NCBI GenBank assembly: GCA_965242965.1
Contig: OZ251518.1
Coordinates: 1,728,001 to 1,792,000, forward strand
DNA from: Candidatus Poribacteria bacterium
GTDB taxonomy: Bacteria; Poribacteria; WGA-4E; WGA-3G
Direction of reading: 5' to 3'
Length of the DNA stretch: 64,000 nt
The position numbers and the translations under genes are program-made. The notes beneath the pieces were generated by a model. It searched no databases, was not told the DNA's origin, and saw nothing but the letters and a program-made list of their open reading frames with translations. Each line of letters begins with the position of its first letter. The stretch's first letter is position 1. This document shows positions 1-10,396 of this stretch, piece by piece.

Positions 1-888
1 CAGCTGTTCGGGATGTCGCAGATTGAACCCGTGGAAGATTATCCGAGTCGGCTGCTGAACATGCTCCAATACCTTGCGAACGACAAGGTGAATGCCCCGA
101 AAGTTGCAGTGTTGACACCCGGTGTCTACAATTCCGCCTATTTTGAGCATTCATTTCTCGCGCAGCAGATGGGGGTGGAGCTCGTTGAAGGCCGAGATCT
201 GGTGGTGCAGGAGGGGTTCGTGCACATGCGGACAACGAAGGGGTTTGAACGCATTGATGTGCTCTATCGCCGAATTAACGACGATTTCTTGGATCCGAAG
301 ATGTTCCGCCCGGACTCGATGCTCGGTGTACCGGGGTTGATGGAGGCTTATCAAGCGGGCCGCCTCGCTTTAGTGAACGCGCCCGGCACCTGCGTCGCCG
401 ATGATAAAGTAATCTGCGCGTTCGTGCCGCAGATTATCAAATACTACCTTGACGAAGAGATTATTGTCCCGAACGTGCCGACTTATATGTGCTGGGAAGA
501 CTCGGACCGGAAGTATGTATTGGAGCATCTAGACGAACTCGTTGTGAAAGCGGCGAACGAGTCGGGCGGCCACGGTATGCTAATTGGACCGCATTCAACA
601 AAGGCTGAGCAGGAAGAATTCGCGCGGCGCATTCAGGCGAATCCGCGCAACTATATCGCGCAGCCGACGCTTGCCCTTTCACGAGTGCCGGTGCTAATTG
701 ATGACAACGCGCATTGGCGTTTTGAGGGACGGCACGTCGATTTGCGTCCCTTTATCCTGTATGGAGAGGAGATTTATGTCCTGCCAGGTGGATTGACGCG
801 CGTCGCGCTGAAGAAAGATTCGTTGGTGGTGAATTCATCGCAGGGTGGCGGGAGTAAGGATACGTGGGTGTTGTCGAATATGTCGTAG
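1..888 (+). CDS. Circularly permuted type 2 ATP-grasp protein (DUF404/407), 5'-truncated by window edge
   Basis: Motifs [17 protein letters not shown], [38 protein letters not shown]; frame open from base 1. Confidence 0.92.
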   Translation, partial: QLFGMSQIEPVEDYPSRLLNMLQYLANDKVNAPKVAVLTPGVYNSAYFEHSFLAQQMGVELVEGRDLVVQEGFVHMRTTKGFERIDVLYRRINDDFLDPKMFRPDSMLGVPGLMEAYQAGRLALVNAPGTCVADDKVICAFVPQIIKYYLDEEIIVPNVPTYMCWEDSDRKYVLEHLDELVVKAANESGGHGMLIGPHSTKAEQEEFARRIQANPRNYIAQPTLALSRVPVLIDDNAHWRFEGRHVDLRPFILYGEEIYVLPGGLTRVALKKDSLVVNSSQGGGSKDTWVLSNMS

Positions 889-902
889 TTAAGCAGGAGC
901 AC

Positions 903-1116
903 GGCGAGGGGATGGCGTTTTTTTATCGTAGCGCGGGGGCCTGTCCCCCGAGATCGTTGGATTGCGCGAACCATGGCGAGGGGATGGCGTTTTTTATCGT
1001 AGCGCGGGGGCCTGTCCCCCGCGAGTGTCGTGGGCCGCGAACGATGGCGAGGGACAGGGTAGGAGAGACCTCCCGGTCTCGATGAGCATGGCGAGGGACA
1101 GGCCCTCGCCCTACGG
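903..1116. repeat. Cluster of GTAG-footed palindromic REP elements
   Basis: GTAGCGCGGGGGCCTGTCCCCCG x2, GTAGGAGAGACCTCCCGGTCTC, GGCGAGGGACAGGCCCTCGCCCTAC. Confidence 0.9.
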
Positions 1117-1148
1117 TGAACGTGAAGGGAAACACAGGGAATAGCACT

Positions 1149-2153
1149 ATGTTGAGTCGCGTGGCAGAATCAATTTATTGGATGAGCCGTTATATTGAAC
1201 GTGCAGAAAACGTCGCAAGATTTGTTGATGTCAATCTGCATCTGATGCTGGATTTGCCGGTGGGGATGCAGACGCAGTGGAGACCGCTCGTCGCAACGAC
1301 AGGCGACGACGACGTGTTCGCTGAGCGATACGGCGACGCATCCCAAGAGACAGTGATTCGGTTCCTGACGTTTGACAGGAAGAACCCGAATTCGATCATC
1401 TCGTGTTTGCGGGCGGCGCGAGAGAACGCCCGCTCTATCCGAGAAAATATCTCATCGGAAATGTGGGAGCAGCTCAACGTCGCCTATTTGACAGTAACCG
1501 AGACGACGGAAGAGTGGGCAAGGACTGAACCGCACGAATTTTTCGGCGAAATCAAACGTGCCTCGCAACTGTTTATGGGGCTAACCGATAACAGCATGTC
1601 TCACAGCGAGGGATGGCATTTCTGTCGGTTGGGACGGTTGATTGAACGTGCCGACAAGACTTCACGCATCGTCGATGTGAAATACTTTATTCTCCTGCCA
1701 TCTGTCTGGCATGTGGATACCCCGTTTGACGATATTCAGTGGGGCGCGCTGTTGCATTCGGCAAGTGCTTTTGAGATGTATCGACGGACGCATGGGCTAA
1801 TCGCGCCAAAACAAGTCGTGGCGTTTTTGTTGCTGGACCGGGAGTTTCCGCGTTCGGTGCTTTATTGCCTGTCAAAGGCAGAGGAATCCCTCCATGCCAT
1901 CTCGGGCACGCCGTTGGAGACATTCTCGAATTCGGCGGAGCAGCGATTGGGACAGCTGCGTTCGGAGTTCGCTTATGCGCAGGTGAAGCAGGTGCTTTCA
2001 ACTGGTTTGCATGAGTTTTTGGATGCATTTCAGACGAAGTTGAATCTGGTAGGAGAGGATGTGCATAAGACGTTTTTCGCGTTGCGGCCGGTGGATGAGA
2101 ATGGAATGGAAAACAGGAGGATGGGCCAGAGCCAGGTCTTCGGCCTACGATGA
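1149..2153 (+). CDS. Alpha-E domain protein (DUF403)
   Basis: MLSRVAESIYWMSRYIERAEN and GRLIERAD 'ER' motifs; ATG at 1149 matches the family N-terminus. Confidence 0.92.
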   Translation: MLSRVAESIYWMSRYIERAENVARFVDVNLHLMLDLPVGMQTQWRPLVATTGDDDVFAERYGDASQETVIRFLTFDRKNPNSIISCLRAARENARSIRENISSEMWEQLNVAYLTVTETTEEWARTEPHEFFGEIKRASQLFMGLTDNSMSHSEGWHFCRLGRLIERADKTSRIVDVKYFILLPSVWHVDTPFDDIQWGALLHSASAFEMYRRTHGLIAPKQVVAFLLLDREFPRSVLYCLSKAEESLHAISGTPLETFSNSAEQRLGQLRSEFAYAQVKQVLSTGLHEFLDAFQTKLNLVGEDVHKTFFALRPVDENGMENRRMGQSQVFGLR

Positions 2154-2157
2154 GATT

Positions 2158-2348
2158 GGCGAGGGACAGGCCCTCTGTCTCTGTAGGGCAGGATCGCCTG
2201 ATCCTGCGAGGGATCTCCTACGGTGGCGAGGGACAGGCCCTCGCCCTACGTGAAGGGGCAGCGTTTTTTTCATCGTAGCGCGGGGCCCCTCGGATGCCAC
2301 ACGCGCATCCGAGCGGGTTTCCCCCGCGATGTTGGGCGATTTATGAAA
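2158..2348. repeat. REP cluster
   Basis: Multiple GTAG hairpins plus CTCGGATGCCACACGCGCATCCGAG unit. Confidence 0.88.
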
Positions 2349-2388
2349 TTTGATAAATTAACGAAAAGTGGAAGAACGGTAACAGAAT

Positions 2389-5079
2389 ATGCAACGTTCA
2401 AACAACACACACTACACCGTCATTGACGAAAATTATCGGTTAACCAAATCGCGCAGCGGGGATGCCTCAGATGACGAGCTGGTCGCGAGCAATGGGCAAG
2501 TCCATGCGCATTGGCAGGCATTTATTGCGGCCCTAGAAACCCTCGGGCTTGAGGAAATGGAGGCGCGGCATCAACAACTGCGACGGCTGTTGCGCGAGAA
2601 CGGTGTCACCTATGTCGTGCATGGAGAGGAACAGGGACATCGGCCGTGGGAACTGGATCCGATTCCGTTGATATTCTCATCGGCGGAATGGGAGAAGATT
2701 GCGGCAGGGTTGACGCAGCGCGCCGAGTTGCTGAACCTCGTGCTGACAGATGTTTACGGCGAACGTCGGCTGATTAAAGAGGGAGTGCTGCCACCGGAGG
2801 TTGTGTATGCGCACGCGGGATTTTTGCGGGAATGTGATGGCATCGCGAGCGGTTTGGCGGCCGGCACCACATCAGGGAAGGCACTCCTACTGTATGCAGC
2901 GGATTTGGCACGAGGGTCAGATGGCCAGATGTGGGTACTGAGCGACCGGGCGCAAGCCCCCTCCGGCGCGGGATATGCGTTGGAGAACCGCACCGCACTG
3001 GCGCGGGTGATGCCGAATCTGTTCGGGGATATCGGCGTGCATCGGCTTTCGTTCTTCTTCCGTGCGATGCAGAACGAACTGGCGGAGATTGCGCCGCACG
3101 GGAAGGCGAATCCGCATGTCGTGATGCTAACCCCCGGTCCGCTGAACGAAACCTATTTTGAGCATGCGTATCTGGCAAGTTATCTCGGCTATACGCTGGT
3201 GCAGGGCAACGATTTGACGGTGTGGGACGGGCGCGTCTGGTTGAAATCGCTGGATGGGTTGCAGCCCGTGGATATTATTTTCAGGCGAGTAGACGATGTA
3301 TTCTGCGATGCGCTGGAGTTGCGGCAGGACTCTCGGCTCGGCGTTGCGGGGTTGATGGAGGCGATTCGGCTCGGGAATGTTGTTGTCGTCAACGCGCCGG
3401 GGACTAGCGTTTTGGAGAACCCGGGGCTCATGCCGTTTTTGCCAAACATCGCGAAGTGGTTTGGCATTACCGCCGATTGCTCACTGCTGTTGCCATCGGT
3501 GGCGACGTGGTGGTGCGGGCAGCGAGCGGAGCGCGCTTATGTGCTGGATAACCTTGAACACCTCGTTATCAAGACAATTCACCGGAAGCCGATGAATGCT
3601 TATCCCTTGTTTGGCGCGGCATTGAGTTCGGCGGAGTTGGCGACGCTGCGCTCGCAAATCCACGCCGAACCGCATCTTTACGTCGGACAGGAGCAGGTGC
3701 ATTTCTCGACAACGCCTTCGTTGATTGACGGCAAGTTGGAGCCGCGGCATGCAACACTGCGCAGTTTCTTGTTCGCACAGCGAGAAGGATATGTCGTGAT
3801 GCCGGGGGGATTAACGCGGAGTGCGGCGAAGAAGGGCGCGCTGATCGTTTCAAGTCGCGCCGGGGGAGTGAGTAAGGATACATGGATTCTCGCCGATGAG
3901 CCTACACAGCATGTCAGTTTATGGCGGCAGCCGAAGAACGGGTTGCGTCCGTTGGCTTATGATAACGTCGGGAATTCGCGCGGGTTGTCAAGTCGCGCGG
4001 CGGAGAATCTGTTTTGGGTGGGCCGTTATGCCGAGCGCGCCGAGGGACAGGCACGGTTGCTACGGATTATTTTGGAGACATTGCAGTCAAGTCCGTTAGC
4101 TGAGGATGCGCGAGAGCTCGCTGAATTGACGTATCTCCGCAGCCTGTTTCGTTCGATTACGGGGTTTTATGGGACAGCCGCTGCCATGGAGAAACGCAAC
4201 GTTGCGTTATCCGATGAACTGTTTTCTCTCACGCTGGATACCCAAAATGACAGTAGCCTCGTGTCAACGCTCAAGTCAATGGTAACAGCGGCTTACGCAG
4301 TGCGCGACCGCTGGTCTACCGATACCTGGCGTGTCATGAATAACATTGAAAATTTATGCACAACGCTTGAGAAAAATCTTACGGAAGGACGGATGGGGGA
4401 GTCGGAATCGGGTGAGGAGACATTGAGAACGGGAGAAGAGGCATCGAAAACGGCGTTGGATGCGCAGACGCTGCAGGAGATCCAGACAGAATTGGATAGG
4501 TTGATGATTTTTCTGGCTGCGCTGACAGGCTTGAACGCGGAGAGCATGACGCAGACGATAGGATGGCTGAGTCTAGATATGGGGCGGCGGATTGAACGCG
4601 CGCTGCTTCTGATTCGGCTATGCCGTTCTAGCCTTGTCGGTGCGTATTATGACGACTGGCTCGAAAATCGACTGCTGGAGTCAATGTTGGCGGCGGCGGA
4701 GAGTCTGATTACGTATCGCGGGCGGTATCGCGCCGAGTTACACTTCCCGACGGTGCTGGAGTTGCTGCTGCTTGACGAGAGCAACCCGCGCGCCCTAGTC
4801 TATCAGTTAAAACGGCTTCAGGAGCAGATTCGTTCGTTGCCGCGCGAGAAATTGGGGTATCGGCTCAGCAAGGAGGAGCAGTTGATTTTGGAGGCGTTGA
4901 CGCAGCTGCAACTCTCGAATACGATGCAGCTTGCAGAACGTTCGGGGCAGATGCGGCAGGGATTGGAAAAGTTGCTGGCGCGGTTGGCGCAGCTGTTGCA
5001 CGAACTTTCGGAGGCGTTGACGCTGAACTATTTCAGTCATGTGCAAGGGCCGCAGCAGTTCGTAGCGGTGAATTCATGA
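2389..5079 (+). CDS. Circularly permuted ATP-grasp fused to C-terminal alpha-E domain
   Basis: WELDPIP, APSGAGYALENR, TPGPLNETYFEHAYLA, VMPGGLTR, SKDTW, then ENLFWVGRYAERAE. Confidence 0.92.
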   Translation: MQRSNNTHYTVIDENYRLTKSRSGDASDDELVASNGQVHAHWQAFIAALETLGLEEMEARHQQLRRLLRENGVTYVVHGEEQGHRPWELDPIPLIFSSAEWEKIAAGLTQRAELLNLVLTDVYGERRLIKEGVLPPEVVYAHAGFLRECDGIASGLAAGTTSGKALLLYAADLARGSDGQMWVLSDRAQAPSGAGYALENRTALARVMPNLFGDIGVHRLSFFFRAMQNELAEIAPHGKANPHVVMLTPGPLNETYFEHAYLASYLGYTLVQGNDLTVWDGRVWLKSLDGLQPVDIIFRRVDDVFCDALELRQDSRLGVAGLMEAIRLGNVVVVNAPGTSVLENPGLMPFLPNIAKWFGITADCSLLLPSVATWWCGQRAERAYVLDNLEHLVIKTIHRKPMNAYPLFGAALSSAELATLRSQIHAEPHLYVGQEQVHFSTTPSLIDGKLEPRHATLRSFLFAQREGYVVMPGGLTRSAAKKGALIVSSRAGGVSKDTWILADEPTQHVSLWRQPKNGLRPLAYDNVGNSRGLSSRAAENLFWVGRYAERAEGQARLLRIILETLQSSPLAEDARELAELTYLRSLFRSITGFYGTAAAMEKRNVALSDELFSLTLDTQNDSSLVSTLKSMVTAAYAVRDRWSTDTWRVMNNIENLCTTLEKNLTEGRMGESESGEETLRTGEEASKTALDAQTLQEIQTELDRLMIFLAALTGLNAESMTQTIGWLSLDMGRRIERALLLIRLCRSSLVGAYYDDWLENRLLESMLAAAESLITYRGRYRAELHFPTVLELLLLDESNPRALVYQLKRLQEQIRSLPREKLGYRLSKEEQLILEALTQLQLSNTMQLAERSGQMRQGLEKLLARLAQLLHELSEALTLNYFSHVQGPQQFVAVNS

Positions 5080-6128
5080 ACTATCAGATTACACATAAGA
5101 CGCACTATATCTACAGCGATACGGCGAATTTGTCCTATAACGAGGCGCGGTTGACACCGCGGAGTTTTGCGAGGTATCCGTATAAACATTACTCGCCGAG
5201 TGGGGTTTTGGCGGCGTGGGGGCATTTGCAGCAGGTTCACCGCAGTCGGTTTGTCGTTGAGCCGCAGCCGACGAATTATCGCGAGCGCGAGGATTTCTTC
5301 GGGAATACCGTCAGTTATTTTGCGATTCAACGGCCGCATCAGACACTTACCGTCACGGTGACAAGTCAGGTGGAGGTGAAGCGTCAAAGCACGACAGCGC
5401 GCGAGGGCTCTGAAAGCGTGGCATGGGAGACGGCGCGGGAGCAGCTTCAAACATCGATGCATCCGGAGATTTTAGAGGCGCGGCAGTATGTGTTGGATTC
5501 GCCGATGATTCCGACGCGATTGACAGAACTTCGCGAGTATGCAACGCCATCGTTTGCACCGGGCAGACCATTGCGAGAGGCGGTGCGCGAACTGACAGAG
5601 CGACTCTATACCGATTTTACCTACGAGCCGGGGGAGACGACGGTTGCGACTCCGTTGGAGGAGGCGTTAGCGCATCGCCGCGGTGTCTGCCAAGATTTTG
5701 CGCATTTAGGGATTGGATGTCTCCGCGCGATGGGGTTGGCGGCGCGTTATGTGAGTGGATACATTGAGACGATGCCGCCGCCGGGACAGGAGCGGCTGGT
5801 GGGTGCTGATGCATCGCATGCGTGGTTTTCGGTGTATGTGCCGGATGTGGCGCGCTTGGAACGCGCGCCTACAAAAGACAATTTACAAAGTATCCCTTCC
5901 GGCAACGCTTTGGGAAGTTGCGGCGAGTGGTTAGATTTCGATCCGACGAATAATCAGGTGCTAGGTGAGCAGCATATCACGGTGGCGTGGGGACGCGATT
6001 ATTCGGATGTGACGCTGCTGAAGGGTGTCGTTTTTGGGAGTGGGACGCATGAATTATCAGTCTCCGTAGATTGTCAGCGGGAAGCTGGTAATGATGTCCC
6101 AGAAACAACTTACGGTTTCCAAAAATAG
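5076..6128 (+). CDS. Transglutaminase family protein with bacterial N-terminal domain
   Basis: GVCQDFAH, ARYVSGY, ASHAW, DFDPTN, GRDYSDV; ATGA overlap with upstream gene. Confidence 0.93.
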   Translation: MNYQITHKTHYIYSDTANLSYNEARLTPRSFARYPYKHYSPSGVLAAWGHLQQVHRSRFVVEPQPTNYREREDFFGNTVSYFAIQRPHQTLTVTVTSQVEVKRQSTTAREGSESVAWETAREQLQTSMHPEILEARQYVLDSPMIPTRLTELREYATPSFAPGRPLREAVRELTERLYTDFTYEPGETTVATPLEEALAHRRGVCQDFAHLGIGCLRAMGLAARYVSGYIETMPPPGQERLVGADASHAWFSVYVPDVARLERAPTKDNLQSIPSGNALGSCGEWLDFDPTNNQVLGEQHITVAWGRDYSDVTLLKGVVFGSGTHELSVSVDCQREAGNDVPETTYGFQK

Positions 6129-7003
6129 AGCGTCCCATCGTGGTTTGCGCTCATGAACTCCCCGGCTTCGGTGAAGGCTAAGGCGCGGATAGCACTTTCC
6201 TGTGCCGGGAGTTTGGACACCGCGATGTTAGCACGTTCGTGCACGGCATCAGTGCCTCGCGTTTCGGATAAGCTGGGCAGGCCCCATAGCCGGAGCTGCC
6301 TGTCTTTCCCGCCGGAGGCGAGGTGTGTGCAGTCTTGTGAGAATGCCACCGCATGCACCGAATCAGCGTGCGAGAGGAGTGTGGCAAAGAGCTCATAACT
6401 TTCCATGTCCCACAGCCGAACGGTGGTATCGGAGCTGCTGCTGGCGAGGCGTTTGCCATCAGCGGAAAATGCCAAGGCTAAGACGAGCCCATCATGTGCG
6501 GCGAGAGTGTGAAGACGATACCCGGTATCCAGATTCCATAACCGAATTCTGCCATCGGTGCTGCCGCTGGCAAGTATGCTTTCTGCGGCGAACGCCAAGG
6601 AGCGGACGCGCCCGGGGGATTCCGTAAACGTCGGCAAAACTTCGTCCCAGGCGGGGATAGGCATTCCATCGGGGGCGGCTGCGCTGGCCGCAAGCATCGC
6701 GGAATGTCCTGCGAGAAGCGCGATTTCGCGGGCTGTCTCGGTGTCCCAAAGCCATAGTGTGTTATCGTCACAGCCGCTAACCAGCCTTCGGTTATCAGGG
6801 GCGAAGGCAAGGGCACGGATGCGCGCGGTATGCCCAGGGAGCATGGCGAATTGCGCGCCGGTGTCCAAACGGTAAATCCAGATGCGTCCCTCGCCACCGG
6901 CGGCGATTTTGGTGCCATCAAGTGAAAAGGCGAGCGCGGTGACTTGGTTCTGGCTGAGGCGGGATTGCAGTCCCGCTGGAAGTTGTGAGTGGATGCAGTT
7001 CAT
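6110..7003 (-). CDS. WD40 repeat protein
   Basis: Repeated GH...LAFxxDG..LASGS.D.T.RLWD. Confidence 0.88.
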   Translation of the reverse strand: MNCIHSQLPAGLQSRLSQNQVTALAFSLDGTKIAAGGEGRIWIYRLDTGAQFAMLPGHTARIRALAFAPDNRRLVSGCDDNTLWLWDTETAREIALLAGHSAMLAASAAAPDGMPIPAWDEVLPTFTESPGRVRSLAFAAESILASGSTDGRIRLWNLDTGYRLHTLAAHDGLVLALAFSADGKRLASSSSDTTVRLWDMESYELFATLLSHADSVHAVAFSQDCTHLASGGKDRQLRLWGLPSLSETRGTDAVHERANIAVSKLPAQESAIRALAFTEAGEFMSANHDGTLYFWKP

Positions 7004-7045
7004 GAAAATATCGCTCCTAGAACAATTTGAACAACTTGCGAACGA

Positions 7046-8068
7046 CTAAAGATTCCAATCCAAAACGACCCCGGTGTAAACGTTCGGTTCGTTGAGGAGG
7101 CCGTCATAGGCGTGCTTGATTTGTTCGGGTTTGAGGCGGTGCGAGATGAGCGGTTCGACGTGCAACTGCCCGCGCGCCATCCAGTCGAAAATAGTCTGCT
7201 GCTTGCTCCATTGTGAAGTGCGGTTACCGATATCGGGATACATCGGCACGCACCACTCCAACGCACCGCGGATGGTAATCCATCGCAAGTGAGTGTCGGA
7301 GAGCAGCTCGGTGAGGTTACCGTGGACAGCGACGCGCGGTGAACCGAGGATAATAAGTTGCCCGTGACTGGCGGTGGCGCGGAGTGCTTGCATCACAACG
7401 CCGCTATGCCCGACAGCATCGATGGTAATGTTGCCGAGTTCGCCGTTGGTGAGTTCCTGCAGTTGTGCCTGCGCTTCGTCTGCGGTGCCTCCGACGGTGT
7501 GTTCAATGCCGCACCGTTCCGCGAGCTCGCGCCGCTCCGCGACCGGATCTACGCCGATAACGCGGCATCCGTGTATCTGGAACATCTGCGCGGCGAGGTT
7601 ACCGACAAGCCCCATTCCAAACACAATGACGGTGGCGTTCGTCGGGATTTCGGCGACGATGATGGCAGTCATCGCAACGCCTGCCATGCGCGATGCGGCG
7701 ACAACGTCAGGTTCTACCGCCTGCGTGATGGGCGCGATGAGCCTGTCTTGAGAGTAACGGATAGTCGATGCGTGTCGTCCGTATGTGAAGACGCGCGCGC
7801 CGGGTTGGGTTCGCGTTACGTTCGCGCCGACTTCGCGCACGATGCCGACGTTGGCGTAGCCGGAACGCCACGGATAGGCGCACCACGCACCTTTCTCGAA
7901 AACTTTCGGCTCTCGCCCGGTGTAGTTGGCGAGTTCGGTGCCGCTGCTGATGAAGGTGTATTCAGTGTCAATGAGCACTTCGTTGGCAGAAAGTGCGGGG
8001 ACATCAAGTTCGGCGGTTTGGAGTTCCACCTGATTTTGCCCAGTGACGACGACTTCTCGGATTGTCAT
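7046..8068 (-). CDS. Zinc-binding alcohol dehydrogenase (MDR) family oxidoreductase
   Basis: ISSGTE, GYANVG, GMGLVG Rossmann motif. Confidence 0.88.
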   Translation of the reverse strand: MTIREVVVTGQNQVELQTAELDVPALSANEVLIDTEYTFISSGTELANYTGREPKVFEKGAWCAYPWRSGYANVGIVREVGANVTRTQPGARVFTYGRHASTIRYSQDRLIAPITQAVEPDVVAASRMAGVAMTAIIVAEIPTNATVIVFGMGLVGNLAAQMFQIHGCRVIGVDPVAERRELAERCGIEHTVGGTADEAQAQLQELTNGELGNITIDAVGHSGVVMQALRATASHGQLIILGSPRVAVHGNLTELLSDTHLRWITIRGALEWCVPMYPDIGNRTSQWSKQQTIFDWMARGQLHVEPLISHRLKPEQIKHAYDGLLNEPNVYTGVVLDWNL

Positions 8069-8388
8069 GAGGTATTTCCTTCTCCTAGTTCTTTCTTTTT
8101 AATCTCGCGGATGAGTGCCTGCATCCGTTTATATCTGACAAGGCCGACGAAAAATGTGGCGATGCCGAGTAAAATGAAAATCACGCCGATAGTTTCAACG
8201 ACAGGCGAACTGAAAATTTTGAGATGCACGAAGGATAATCCCGCGACGAACAGCGTCAGCGCGGTTCGGATGTAAGCCAGAAACGTCCGTTCGTTTGCGA
8301 GGATTGTCCGGTCTGCGGCGAGATGATCTCGCAGGATAAGCCGGTCTTCCAGTCCATGGTATGGGGCTGGTTTTTCTTGCATAGGCAT
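8065..8388 (-). CDS. DUF202 (YidH-like) membrane protein
   Basis: RDHLAADRTILANERTFLAYIRT followed by two TM helices. Confidence 0.9.
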   Translation of the reverse strand: MPMQEKPAPYHGLEDRLILRDHLAADRTILANERTFLAYIRTALTLFVAGLSFVHLKIFSSPVVETIGVIFILLGIATFFVGLVRYKRMQALIREIKKKELGEGNTS

Positions 8389-8424
8389 GCTTTTTCCTTT
8401 CTGAAAGTGATCGATAATGAATTA

Positions 8425-9228
8425 TTATGACGGTGTTTCATAACTCGCTCAACGTCGCGGGGACAGGCCCCGCGCTCCGGTGAAAAAACGCGGCCCTTTC
8501 ACGTAGGGCGAGGGCCCTCGGATGCCACACGCGCATCCGAGCGGGTTTCCCACGCCATGCGTTTGGCTGGCAGACTTCCTCACCCCTGTAGGTCAGGATC
8601 GCCTGATCCTGACTCGTTCGGGATCAGGCGATCCCGAACTACAGAATAGGTGGCGCGCGAAGAAAAACGCCTCCCTTTACCGTAGGGCGAGGGCCTGTCC
8701 CTCGCCAGCGTCCGCGCACTCCAACGATCGCGGGGGACAGGCCCCCGCGCTACGGTGAAAAAAACGTCTCTTCAGGTCCGTAGGACCTGAATGTCTATAG
8801 CACGTAGGGCCTGCGAAGAGATTTAAGGTCCTTTAGGTCCTTAATATCCTTTGACGCGCCGCATGTTTTCCTATTAAGGTCCTACGGACCTTGACATGGG
8901 CGGATACCTTTTTCTATAGACATGTAGGTCCTAAAGGACCTAAGACGATGCATCCGAAAAAAACGCCTTCCTTTCATCGTAGGGCGAGGGCCTGTCCCTC
9001 GTCATCGCTCGCGCGCCAGGCTCTGTAGGGCAGGATCGTCTGAAGCTCTGGCATCTTGGTTTCCAAGCGATCCTGACCTGTTTGTGATCAGGCGATCACA
9101 AACTACAGAAGCGGAAACACACATCGTGACGATAGAGCTCGCGGGGGACAGGCCCCCGCGCTACGGGAACATCGAGACCAGAGGTCTCTCCTACCGGGAA
9201 GAAATCGAAATATGAAACCCCTTCAATT
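8425..9228. mobile_element. MITE-like REP cassette with terminal inverted repeats
   Basis: Left end ttatgacggtgtttcata, right end tatgaaaccccttcaatt; interior consists of REP hairpins. Confidence 0.65.
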
Positions 9229-9237
9229 ATTATAGCA
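9229..9237 (-). promoter_or_regulatory. Putative extended -10 promoter facing DUF202/MDR genes
   Basis: TGCTATAAT on the minus strand. Confidence 0.45.
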
Positions 9238-9305
9238 TATTTTGGGGTTTAATTGCCGAAAAAAAACGCGGGAGCAGAGATATTCCGGCCGGTTTTCACG
9301 TTTTC

Positions 9306-9335
9306 TTGACATCAATTGGTTTTTTGTGTTAAACT
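9306..9335 (+). promoter_or_regulatory. sigma70 promoter for CADD-like operon
   Basis: TTGACA-18 bp-TAAACT with extended TG. Confidence 0.6.
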
Positions 9336-9413
9336 ATCCTGCATAGTTTCATATCGGCAGGAAGTTTGTTCCTACCGATGATACCAGAGAAAAACAATGG
9401 AGTAAACACTTTG

Positions 9414-10010
9414 ATGAATATCAAGCAACAACTTGATGCCAAAATCGCAGATTACAATTTACTGAACCACCCGTTCTATGAAGCGTGGAGTGCCGGCGAA
9501 TTGCCAGTCGCATCGCTGCAGCACTACGCGCGTGAATACGGTGCTTTCATCGCCACCCTGCCGAAGGGATGGGAAACACTCAACGATGCCGAAACCGCCG
9601 AGGAGGAGACAGAACACATCGATATGTGGGCTGACTTCGCCGATGGCCTGGACACCGCTGTCTCCGAGGCACAGATTCCGCAGGTGAAAGCGTTGCTGCA
9701 GACAGCGGACGCACTCTTCGCTGAGCCGGCTACGGCATTGGGTGCGCTCTACGCGTTTGAAGCGCAGCAACCTGCCACTGCGCAGTCCAAACTTGCCGGG
9801 TTGAAGGAGTTCTATCGGCTTCCCGAAAAGGTGGAGCCGTATTTTGAGACGCATTCGCATAACGAGCACGAAGCGGAGAAACTGCTGGACCAGATCGGCG
9901 CGTTACCGGCGGACGCTCAGGCATCCGTGGTGCAGGCGTGCGAGCAGATGAGCGGTGCTTTGTGGAACGCGCTCACCGGAATTCACGATGCAGCAGACCA
10001 CGGCGCATGA
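9414..10010 (+). CDS. CADD/PqqC/TenA-like heme-oxygenase-fold diiron protein
   Basis: LLNHPFYEAWSAGEL, YAREY, EE..H..MW, YAFE.Q, SKLAGL, YFETH. Confidence 0.78.
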   Translation: MNIKQQLDAKIADYNLLNHPFYEAWSAGELPVASLQHYAREYGAFIATLPKGWETLNDAETAEEETEHIDMWADFADGLDTAVSEAQIPQVKALLQTADALFAEPATALGALYAFEAQQPATAQSKLAGLKEFYRLPEKVEPYFETHSHNEHEAEKLLDQIGALPADAQASVVQACEQMSGALWNALTGIHDAADHGA

Positions 10011-10383
10011 TGCGGTGACAGCCTATTTTGGCGCGCTCGTCGCGAGAGATGCTGAAACCCTCATCGCGCTGATGCATCCCGTTTCGCACTACGTGAAAAT
10101 CGGCACGGATGCCGATGAGATTCTCACGGGCGGCGCGGAGATCGCGGCGTATTACGAAAACCACGTCGCCAGCACCGAGGATTTCAGCATCACCTTTCTC
10201 AGCCTAGATGTGCAGGCACGGGCCGAGGTGGCGTGGTTTTATGCGCGACAAATCTGGCGGCTTCGGTGGCAAGGAAACCCGATGGAAGAGTTTGTCATGC
10301 GGATGACAGGTGTTTTGGAAAGGGTTGATACGGCGTGGAAGTTTGTCCAAATCCATGCTTCAATCGGCGTGCCGACGACGTAA
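9988..10383 (+). CDS. SnoaL-like / NTF2 family protein
   Basis: IGTDADE, RMTGVLER..WKFVQIHAS. Confidence 0.85.
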   Translation: MQQTTAHDAVTAYFGALVARDAETLIALMHPVSHYVKIGTDADEILTGGAEIAAYYENHVASTEDFSITFLSLDVQARAEVAWFYARQIWRLRWQGNPMEEFVMRMTGVLERVDTAWKFVQIHASIGVPTT

Positions 10384-10396
10384 GTGGAGAAGCACC

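Noticed and set aside
6110-6128. Convergent 3' overlaps (transglutaminase/WD40; trpC/MBL hydrolase at 29946)
   Set aside because: Short tail overlaps are common and not informative
7358-8275. 305-aa plus-strand ORF
   Set aside because: Antisense shadow of the MDR dehydrogenase and DUF202 genes
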